NCBI RefSeq assembly: GCF_947568905.1
Contig: NC_079165.1
Coordinates: 85,560,001-85,624,000, forward strand
From: Ostrea edulis
Taxonomy: Eukaryota
Reading direction: 5' to 3'
DNA length: 64,000 nt
Position 1 is the first letter of the stretch; each line of letters starts with the position of its first letter. Position numbers and translations under genes: made by a program. Below, one piece after another: positions 41,301-53,300 of this stretch. The notes below the pieces were generated by a model. The model saw nothing but the letters and a program-made list of their open reading frames with translations. It did no database searches and had not been told where the DNA came from.

Positions 41301-44300
41301 TAAAATTTTGTGTGTATTTTTAAATCCTTTAAAACGATATATTGAAAAATCATATGTGTACCGTAAGGCCCCTCATCATAGGATTGGATCCTCGTTAATT
41401 ATACGTGATTCATGGAGTGCATTTTAAGATGATTTTTTTTCTACCTAAACACTTGAAATATACATTGAAGAACAAAATTAATAATTTTAAGCAATAGGAA
41501 TGGGCGTGGTTGAACTGGAGAAAGAGATGCTTTCAAATCTATGAACAAACATTTGCAGGATTATATGAAAAAATAGATTCTGGATTCCGTGTTTATTTTC
41601 TAGCTTTTACGAAAGAAAATAGTTCTGCGTGAAGACAGACCTGTCGCTAACGTTACCCTCGTGTCAACAGTACCCATAGTCTGTGACAACAATGCCGACA
41701 AGTGTGACATCACAATTAGACTGTCGTTACAAAAACCTGGTAATGATACAAATTCATTCTTCAAACACAGGTGGTCATGAAAATTATTCTTTAAAATTGT
41801 TTTAATCCTATTGAAAGGTAATGTTTGATTTATAGCTATATAATCCCTTTAACACATGTAAAAGAAGTTATTAAATGTTTGAATTTAATATAGGTTACAT
41901 GAGACTGTGTACATCATTGACACGCTAATATTTGCTATTTCATTCTAGTTTGTGTGTAAATCTGATTAATATTAAAAAGATTTTTTTTTAATTTATAAAA
42001 GGTGACATTTCCCCTCGTATCACATTTGAGAAATGTGTCATATATTTTGCAATGGGCTGGAAGTGTAAGAAGAACGTGTGCCAGGAACAGACCTTTCAAG
42101 TGGCAATGACACCAAACTTGAAACATTTGTCGAAGCAGAAACTCGTCGTCCATGGTGAAATTTCAACGGCAAACCTCTTATCCTGGAAACAGAGCCAGTT
42201 AAAGTTTAAGGTATTATAGGCATAGACTGCGTGCATACTTATATTAGCATGTTTAAAATTTCACGCAGTCAGAGGTGTTACAGTATTTGGCTTTATCATA
42301 AATTAGCGCATCTTCTGTAGAGATTTTCGTGTAATTATAAATTAGCGCCTCTTAATTGCTTCATCGCCAAAGGCGCTAGAATATGAAGTTGGTCGATTGT
42401 TTTACGTCCCATAAAGTATTTTGCACTCATACCGAGACGTCACCAGCTGTATGTGAAGTACCACAAATTTAGACCTATGCTTAGCGCTCAAATATTTCAA
42501 CACATATGAACAAAAGACTGCAGGATTTGAACTCGAGATCTGCAGTTCACCAGTCCAGTGCTTTAACCACTGAGCTACGATGATAAACAAACACATCGAT
42601 CGATACAAATAATTTCACAAAACATTTAAATCGCCATCTTGTGACGTGGTGTCATACAGAGTATAAGCTTTAGTGTAGTGAGCTACCTTAATGTCTTAGG
42701 TTTGACATGGCCATGACACGGGCGGGGCTCGAACGCACGACCTTCCGGCTTGGAAACACTATACCATTGAGCTACCGTGACTGGTACCTCTTGAATAATT
42801 GTGCTAACAGTAATCCAGTAGTATTTTGTCCCTCTTAAGTCGTGCTGAGACCGTAATTACCGCTTCTCCCAAAGAACTTTGGTCTACATATTGGATTTTT
42901 AAAAAAAAACAACCCCAGAGCAAGGAGTGGACTTCCCTATTTGTTTGATTTCTCCCACAGTTGGACAGAGAGTGCAACTCACTCAAAGATAGCTTATTCT
43001 AAGACTTAATCGAAGATTTGATAGCTTACTCCCTGATTTAATACATTAGACTAAGGTTATCATGTTACGCGTGCGGAATTGATGCGATACTTTGTTCATA
43101 ACTGTAATCAGATGATACAATTCCATTGTGGCCCTGAAAGAGCTGACCATCTGCAGTACTAGGACTTCGTTAATTAAGAACTGTATGCTAATTGATAATG
43201 CCCAACGAAAGTCCAATAGTTCCCATGAATTATCTCCGTAATCACCAATGACCAATCGATACAGTAGTAGGACTTGTGATGACAGGTCACCCATCATGAC
43301 CATCCCAATGACCAATGCCACTGTATATAGGTCACTGGTTAATCAGATATGACATTCATATATCGCCCCATGATTCAGATGCAGGCTGACCATGTCATAA
43401 TGGGGAACCTCAATAACAGATGCTGTTAGCAAATAATGTTGTTAATACCAATCAAATTAACACGTTCGATTGATTTGTATAGATATGTGCGCGCGTGTGT
43501 GAGAGATACTCAGGAACTGATAGTGTACGCTCTTCTCGTTTCCAGATGAAGGTTGTTGACTTTCCACCTGCCAGCTGTTACATTCTGAGTGGGGTACACA
43601 TTCTCTCTTTTGTCGGCAGGTAAAAACGTGCAAGCTTAGAAATTCCGAAAAAGGTCATCGTTCTTTGAAATTCAAACAAAAAAAATCGAACATTTAGGGC
43701 AAAATAGCTTTATCAGAATGCAGTTATTGGTTAAGTACATTGTTTACCTTTGAAGTAGTCTATCCGGATTAAAAAGTTTATTAAACGTACCTCTGGATGA
43801 CTGGGTACATATTTTTCTATTGCAGTGTACAAAGGGTGCGGGAAGAGGGACCGTTTATCCTCCTGCGCAGTGATGAGACGACTTTACAGGTAGATTTATA
43901 GGGGATTCGAGAGGCTTTTGGATATCGAACTGCAATAAACGTCCAGCACAATCTCACACCATATTAATTGCAGTACTTCAATGTCGGTCGATAGCTTTTA
44001 ATGTCTGGACGAGGTGTACACAAGTCTTAAGTGTTTGTTGAAGCAAAGAGGTCGTGATGAAGCACAGAATTTCGGAGACTTGTCAATATAAAGGGCTCTG
44101 TTTGTTGTTTCTCATACGTCTGAGCTTGACATTATGAAATACCTCGGCAAATAAATTTATAACTTACCATTCCTTTAATAACGCATTATATACTGCGCAT
44201 GTACATTTCCTTAAAACCAGCGATTTTTTTTCCCGTTGATTTTTTCTCACACTGCGCACGACATTATTTCATGATTTTTTGTTGTTGTTGTTGTTGAATT

Positions 44301-47300
44301 AGTTCATCATCTTAGTATATATATATATATATGTGTGATTTGGTGGTATAAATGTTTCTTTTGATCTGTCCATCACATTTTATTAATACACATCTTTAAA
44401 TAAATTTCAAATAAGATCCATGCCCAAACAATGAGGAACCCCCAGCATGATAGGTTCAGTCTTTGCGGTCTTGCCATGTGGTTCGAAGGCGTGACTATCA
44501 CACTCAGTAGATGTTCGGAGAGCCTCTGGAATAAACGTTATACCCTACAATACCAAGGACGACAACAGAACTCTAAAATCAAGATATTTGAAGCACGCAA
44601 TGGAAAACTCATAACGGTACTTAAATTGAAGTTGAAATCTCTATTCTGTGAATTTTACCGAGGTTTCTAATCGATATAACGGAACATTATCGAGAAACGG
44701 AATAAATGTTATGATCAATCTATTGTGACTCTATGTTTTAGATATACATACATGACCTTGTTCAGATTCGTATTGACATCAACTCATTAGACATATCCGC
44801 ATCCGTCCACATTTCCGGTTTCCATAGCAATAAAGTTGAGGGTTTGTGCGGAACCATAACTCGCAAGAAAAATAAGAACGCCGTTTCCACGGTTACGGAT
44901 GGCTATGGATTTAGAGTTTGGAGGTAGATTGTTGCATTAATTAATCTTTACTAATTGATCTTTACTAATTAATCTTTAAAAAATGATTTCTACATGATAA
45001 TTTTACACAATAAGAATATCAATGTTTGTAAACCAAGTTTTAGGGTGACAATTGTTTGTTGAGTCCAAGGGCCAAACAATCAACTTTTTCAGTACGAAAA
45101 ATATTTTAAGACTTTTATGGCAAATCGTTATATAGGGTATAAAATATAAAGGCATTTACAACAACACCCTACCATTCAAATTTACGTTCATATCGTGTGT
45201 TCTCTACAGGGTTCAGCCGCACCAGAGCCTGTTTGAAATGTCTCCCTCATACCCATATGAAGGAATCAAACCGTCATTACCAAAGTGTGACTGCTCATCC
45301 ACTACATCCCTCAATACATGCACAGAAGGCAAGAACAGAAGTGAGTTCTATTCGTTCATATACCAAAAAGACATCACTTCAGAATTTTATGTGACTAAGA
45401 ATAACCCATCTATCACCATGACGTACAATATATCAGCCGGTATTGATATTAGTGATAACAGAGTATCGAAACCAAGTGAAGCGAGACAGCAATGTAAGGA
45501 GCTCATCCGTGAATCCGAACTATTCCACAAATGTGTTCCTCTAAGAGGAAGTGTTTTAGTGGAAATAATTACAGTGTGTGAGAAAATTGCAATGATACAA
45601 GATAGATCTACTTGGATACCTATAGTTCTGCGCTTGATGGAAAGTGTTTGTAATTTCGCGTATACGTCCAATACGTCATTATCTGATCGGAATATGTCTG
45701 CTGGAATCGATCACGTGACGAAAATTAAAGACTTGTTTCGGTGTCCAGAAAAGTGTTTCAAACACGGCGTTTGTGCCAGAAATGGATGTGACTGTATCAA
45801 AGGATACTCTGGGGTGGAATGTCTAAACAAGGCAGGTAAATTCTAAAATTTACTCACTTCTTTAATATCTAGAGCGAGAGAAAAAAACCAGTCCTCAGTG
45901 TACTACCCTTCCGATAACAGCGCGTCACTTTCCGTGATCGAGTGTGCAGATAGTCTCTATATTTTAATGAAATAGGTTTTACTTTTGTTCTGACCAATCA
46001 CGTTGAAAGAATGGCATAGTGTGGTCATCCAAACTGACTTTTATTGAAACCTTATGTCAGCGTGCAATTGTTTTGGGTTAAGCTTTTCATAGATTTCAAT
46101 GAAACAAGTTTTACTTTTGTTCTCAGTGACCAATCACGTTGAAAGATTGGTTATCCAAACTCATTTTCATTGGAACCATACTGCCGATCAGTGAGTGAAA
46201 TTTGCAAGCTCTACCAGCAAATTGACACGCTGTTATTGGAACGGTAGTATGTGATAGTACAGTAATTTAGATATCAACCGCCTAAAGTATTGCTATTTAA
46301 TTAATTCACTTTTCAAATGAATTAATGTTATCAGACGGGTGCAATGAAAAATAATTTTCAATGATATGAAATTAAATCTTTACATCTACCTAGTTGTCCC
46401 CACCAATGACGGATCTAGTCAATCTACAGAGTCACGGACGGTGGATCCCACCTCAACCTATCTCATCCCCTCAACCGAATCACCGAACACAAATATCATC
46501 ACCACCGAGGAGCAGACGACTGAAAAACAGACAACAACCAGCACAACAACAACAAAACAAACACCATCTCCTACCACGGAAGAGAAGACAACATCAACAG
46601 CTAAACCAACAACACAGACAGAAACAACATCAACAATTAAAACAACAACAGCTAAACAGTCCTCTCCGGCGCCGACGTTACGACCAACAACCGCTCGCCC
46701 TAGGAAACCTGTGTTTGTATCTTGTGACACGAGATCGTCTGGTTGTAATTTCGTTTACCTTAGAATACAAGCAGATCAGTATCCTGTGTCTTGTCGCATA
46801 ACAAACGTCAAGGTAACGTCTGCAGTCATTCAATCAAATGTTCTTAAATTACAGCGCCAAAACCATATACAATCACATTACAAGGAATTTTCTGTAAAAG
46901 GGTGTTTTTCTTATCCACGTTTATTGATTTGTGTAACTTTAATTATGTTTGTTTCTAGTATAACAATAGAAAGTGGATACAATGGCAGCCTCCCGTGTTT
47001 CCCAGTATCCGCTATGTCACTCCGACGTTAGCTGAGTGTCTGCTGAATTCGTCCATCTCAATCCCGGCTGACGGCGACCCAGTATTTAAAGTCGAGGCAT
47101 GTGTAAAATGTCGCTATACTTAAAATGAATGGTGATGTTTTTTCTAACACCATTGTTAAACCGATGAAGTTAATTAAGATGCCGTCTCTTTTCGTCCAGG
47201 TTTTGGGGGCTGATAATGAGGTGCTTTCAGATAAACTGTTTTCCAAGGTGAATAAACAGTGCCAAAGTTGTTCGTATTGGAGAGGTTGCCGTATAAGGGT

Positions 47301-50300
47301 AAGCCTTTGAGTGTTGCAGACAGAAATCTTTCACGGAACAACACGGATAATCCGAGTTTTGAATTCATTTAATGGTTTTGTTTTGTGTTTTAGCCCAACG
47401 TATGCCTGATTGATGGGAACTGTTTTATGAACGAAGATAAAAACCCAGCCAATAGATGTGAAGTTTGCGTCGCCCCCTCCTCCACACATCAGTGGACGAG
47501 ACGTGAAGGTAATGGGAAAGAGTTGATATAATGCAGAATATCCAAGCGATATCAGAAATAATACAGAATATCATGTATCAAGCGATATCAGATCCTTATC
47601 AAGCGATATCAGAAAAAAATGTAATATCCTGTATCAAGCTATATCAGATCCTGTACCAAGCGATATCATATCCGGTATCAGCGATATCAGAAATAATGTA
47701 ACATATCCTGTATCAAGCGTTATTAGAAATAATGAAGCGATATCAGAAATAATGAAGCGATATCAGAAATAATAAGAAATAATGAAGCGATATCAGAAAT
47801 AATGAAGCGATATCAGAAATGATGAACAGATCCTGTATCAGGTGATATCAGATCCTGTATCAAGCGTTATTAGAAATAATGAAGCGATATCAGAAATAAT
47901 AAAGCGATATCAGAAATGATGAACAGATCCTGTATCAGGTGATATCAGATCCTGTATCAAGCGTTATTAGAAATAATAAAGCGATATCAGAAATAATAAA
48001 GCGATATCAGAAATGATGAACAGATCCTGTATCAGGTGATATAAGAAATAATGAAGCGATATTAGAAATAATGAAGCGATATCAGAAATAATGAACAGAT
48101 CCTGTATCAGGTGATATCAGATCCTGTATCAAGCGATATCAGAAATAATAAAGCGATATCAGAAATGATGAACAGATCCTGTATCAGGTGATATCAGATC
48201 CTGTATCAAGCGTTATTAGAAATAATGAAGCGATATCAGAAATAATAAAGCGATATCAGAAATGAACAGATCCTGTATCAGGTGATATCAGATCCTGTAT
48301 CAAGCGTTATTAGAAATAATGAAGCGATATCAGAAATAATAAAGCGATATCAGAAATGATGAACAGATCCTGTATCAGGTGATATCGGAAATAATGCAGC
48401 ATATCCCTGGATCTTTCATTCTAGAATTACAGCAAAATATTTTTTGAAAGTAACCACGAACAAGTATTCCTCTGGACGTTATCTACAGGCTTTATATATA
48501 TTTAGTAAGCATTGATATTATCATTGGACATTTGTCATAATTCCGATAGCTGTTTATCTTCAACAGAGGAGTTACATGGATGGTATAGACGTTTTTCTCA
48601 TGGAATTGAATGTCTCTCATCTTTTGCATTTCTTCAAAGGTAGTTTGAGATAACGTTGCACGTAGTCTTCCTTGATATTTGTGCTGTAGCTACACGGCAC
48701 TAGGTTAATTTTCTCAATCTGGGTTAATTTTCTTAATCGATCATGTATTTTGCTTTGATAATGGTTCTTTGATTTATTTCTTAGATATCCAAGGAAGATA
48801 GATTTTGTTGTACGGAAAGAATTGTTTGATAAGATATTCTAGACACAAATATTTTGTATCGACGTCATTTTTTAATTATTTCCCAAAGGAGAATAATATT
48901 TAACGTCATGTGTGAAAAGGCTTGTGTTTTTATACGCCCGTCTTAAGACGGGACGTATTATGGTATGGTGTTCATGTCCGTCCGTCTGTCCGTCCGTCTG
49001 TTAGCTTTTTCGTGTCCGACCCGTAACTTAAATACTACAAGGCCTAGAATCATCAAACTTTGTCTGTAGATACATCTTGGGTAGAAGGTGTGTCGCACAT
49101 TAAAACCAGGTCACTGTGACTTTTCATTAAGAAGATATGGCCATATATGGCAAAAACTTGTCCGGCTCATAACTTGAAAACTATTAGACCTAGAATCACC
49201 AAAATTGGTCAACTAATGCATCTTAGGTAGAAGGTGTGTCGCATCCTACTTTATGGTCACTGTGACATTTAATTAAGGTGATATAAAAAAAATGTTTTAA
49301 TGGGTACAATCTATACTGTTAACAATATGTGACGGGCGTATCATGTGCCGTGGCGGTGCACTTTATCGTTATACAGTATACCTGGTATATCATTTCACAT
49401 TTTAAAAATATTTGATAACGTAATTAGAGATTGGATGATAAACTGTTGTACTTGGAGAGAGAGAATATGATACTTGGAGAGTGAGAGAAAGAAAGAATAT
49501 GATACGTATAAGCGCGAGTACATGTAAGCAGGGTGGACGTTAGATTGTATTCTTGCAATGAGGTAGTAATTATGTATGAAGTCAAATTCTACCTAAAGGA
49601 AAGCGCTAGAATTCAAAATGACGAAAAACCCATTCATAAAACTCGTGTTCTCCATAGCTACCATTGTTTGCTGAGAGGTACATGTCTTTAAATAGTTTTC
49701 CCCTCATTAAAACTCTCGTGACAGTTCGTTCAGAGAAACCTAGCAACACGAGAGAACAAAACACATTTAGGAACAATTTTCAGACCATAAGATATTGCAC
49801 ACTATGATACAGCCTTTTTTGTCGGATATCAAAGTCTTGTGGACTACGAATACATGACTGATCACCGATTTAATTAAACTTTATAATTTTGGTGCAAAGG
49901 GTGAAAATGTATAGAAAATATAGACAGAAAATAGACTGGGTTAATGTGTTTGAAACTGATATACATACATAAGCACGTTTCTTTATTTACGATTGCAAAC
50001 ATTTCCAATATTGTTTTTGTTTCGATAGATGACAACCTCCCTCCTATTCTCCAAAGAGACCCGTACGAGTTCTCCGTGCTGGAGGGAGACAATATTAACA
50101 GCAGCATCACGGCGTATGACCCAGAAGGCTCCAGACTGACTTATAACATCAACAGCACCAAAGCCAGGGTACAACCAGGGGGGACGTTCATCTATAAGAC
50201 GACGGTCTCGTCCCTCGGGAGAAATGAATACTTCCAGTACTTCAGGATTTCTGTAGTGGATGAGTGCAATTTACAGTCTTCAATTATTGTTAAGGTGCGT

Positions 50301-53300
50301 TGTAAGGTTTAAAGATGATGATGAGTACGCTAATGATGAATACGAGGATAATAAGAACGATGATGAGTGCGATGATGGTTAGTACAATGATAATGAAAAC
50401 GATGATGATAAATGATGATGAGTACCATGGTAATAAGTGCGATGATGATGAGTACGATGATAATGAAAACGATGATGATAAATACGATTATAATAAGTAA
50501 GATGATGATGAGGACGATGATAATGAATACGATGATGAGTACAATGATAATGAGTAAATCTTCTACATTTCATCAATCTTTTTATCCAACTCAAATGTTA
50601 GCACTAAAGTCATCAATTGTTTTTTAAAAGAAGACAACTATTTTGCTATTTCATGATTACATAAGTTGTTTATCTTTAGGTAGGGGTGAAAAAATGCAAC
50701 TGCAAAAATAATGGGACGTGCAGAACAGAAAACGTTACGAGACCAAACCAAGCTAGAGCTGCTGAATGCGACTGCAAACATCCATATTCGGGTGAGTCGC
50801 AGAGTAATATCAACGATTAATCTATGAAAATAATGTAAACAAATACATGTTAGTTTAATTCTAAATTAGAGATATCCATAACTGAGATCAAACACACAAG
50901 ACCCTTATGAACTAAATCAAATGTACTTTTGAACATGTAAAGGCGCCCTCTGTGAGACATCGCCTGACTATTGCGCTAGTCGCCCGTGTTTTCCCGGCGT
51001 TCAGTGCACCAATACGAATATTTCCTACAGCTGCGGTCACTGCCCTCGGGGATATTCGGGAAACGGCGTTATCTGTGAGTAATGCTTTCGCAAACAGCAA
51101 CTTTTAAGGGGGATTAGTCTAAATTCCCAAAGATTGACTGCTGTTTGATAACCATGGCCTATGAATTAAAGGTCAACTCTAAATATCAATCAATTATGTT
51201 TTCAACGAATTATGGGGAATTTTTTAAGGATTAGTTTCAAGCGAAAGTTTGGGAGTTTTTTTCTTACTTTTTCAAGAATTTCAAAAAACTCTCAGTTCCT
51301 CTATAAGGCGTTTCAATGATTGATGATTTGAAAAGTTCAGTGAAGTTTCAGCTAGCTGAGAAAAAAAAATTACGTACATGTTTTAAACCCAGGTAAACTG
51401 TCGTGTAGTTCGTCACCCTGCTTTGAGAATGTCACGTGTGTGGACGATATTTATGGAGAGAAAGGCTTTAGATGTGGACCATGTCCTCGATTTTACAGAG
51501 GAGACGGCACACGGTGTGACAGGACAGGTACTTATAGGAATTCAAGATCAATAAAATCAGTTTATAGAATATATCTTAAGGAATAAAGTCTTTTAGGCGG
51601 TGCCTTTGATCGAAATAATGTGGAATCATTATATTTCATGGAGGCTTAATTTTCGTGGATTTCATTGGCAACCCTGTCCCACAAATTTCAAACCACAACA
51701 AAATACAAAATCTATATGATGTTTTAATGTACAGAAAACCACCCCACCCTGATGTATCCAGGGGTCCGTGTTTGCTCTACTCTTAATTTTGTATTCCTTA
51801 CACGAGTTATGAGATTGATCACTGTTCGTTATTTTCACCTTTCTTCTATCCATGAAATAATGAAACTGTAAAAATATTGACGATCACGAAAACTGGCCCC
51901 CAGCTGCTTGAATTAACGATACATGGTACAAACAAACATATTTAAAAAAGATGAAACATTATGTTTTTAAAAGTAAAATGAATGTAATTCATTCCCATCC
52001 CATGATTTCTCAATTTTAAGTCCAAAACAGTACGGGGAATTTATATTGAGTTATATAGGGAGGGGCCGTATATTTCAACTTTTGAACTTCATAGGGATTT
52101 ACCAGACACTTTTATATATATACTTATAACAACCAAACTATAAACAAAAGTTTTGGTTTGTATCAAGTGTCCTTCATTAGTTGTGTTCACTGTTTGGTAA
52201 AGCGACCCCTTGTGGATACTTTGTGTGTCTGCTTGTCAAACCCAATAATTGCAATGCGGCCAACATTGTTCCCCAAGTCGCTCTAAATAACGAACTACAA
52301 CGGTTACCTTTATCATTCGACTGCTATTTCAGATTTAGACATTTGTAAATATGGTGTTTGTCCGAGAAAAGGCCGGTGTGAGAACACCGCTCAGTTCCCG
52401 GGATATCGATGTGCGTCATGTCCTGACGGTTACCAAGGAGACGGCAGAAAATGCACAGGTTTTATTTTATGAGGTTTTATTCAATTCATAACAATTCAAA
52501 CAAAAAAATGCTGCGGTTGTTTGTGTTGAAATGATACAATCATTGCTTGTGATTTCGTTGTTCTTTGTAACTGTCATTATGATATTTTGATTTTTAGTAA
52601 TTCCGTTGTTGTTGGTCATGAAATGACATATTGAAGGCTGATAGTGATTTTAATGCCTTTTAGTTGCATGCAGAATAAATTGTCAAAATGACGGGACGTG
52701 TGTGGAAGGCAATAAATGCTCATGTAAACCGGGATATGATGGGAACACGTGTGAAAAAGGTAGACCCATTTACTATCAATAGGAAGTATGTACATGTAAA
52801 TGTATCACATTCAATAGGAAGTGTATCATCTAGATAGGGAGTAGAGGGGCATATTGTTTTGCACCTGTATGTTGGCTAGTCTTGTCCACTCAATATCTTA
52901 AGAACTTTTTGCTTGACAGACATCAAACTTAGTACATTGGTGCATCTTAAGGAGTAGATGACTCCTTTGGATTTTGAGGTAAAAGCGTAAGGATCAATCC
53001 ACTTTTGGACATTGGAAGATATTGTCTGTTTTGGCACTACTATCAATTAAGTGATACATTTGTATAACCCTTTTCAATTTTGAACTGCAGGGGCATACAT
53101 GTTTCTGAAGGATTTCTTGTTTGGGTTATCCCTGCATGAACCTATATCAATGGGCTTAATACAGACGAAGTTGAGTTTGGACTTTCTTAACCTATTTTTT
53201 GAAAGAGTTATTGGACCTTGAACTTCACGAATAATGTCACATAGTGGAACCCTTGTATGATGCTTGCCTTCACAATGATATCTACAATATATCATGTAGT

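Noticed and set aside
29895-42785. tRNA-like sequences at about 29895-29968, 42520-42582 and 42700-42785 (also about 2915-2985)
   Set aside because: A and B boxes are present but there is no acceptor stem or cloverleaf; they are SINE or repeat heads, not tRNA genes.
43046-43321. 91-aa minus-strand ORF in VWDE-like intron 8; likewise 7338-7676 and 11981-12193 in DIP2 intron 1
   Set aside because: No recognisable domain or splice context; lengths are compatible with chance.
46813-47031. Extension of track ORF 46366..47031 past 46812
   Set aside because: Read-through into the intron; the donor AAG|GTAACG and the exon at 46959 in another frame give the Cys-conserving product.
50315-50627. Met-, Asp- or His-rich ORFs resembling acidic shell proteins
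   Set aside because: Degenerate (GAT)n repeat inside an intron whose flanking exons join in frame without it; contains in-frame stops.
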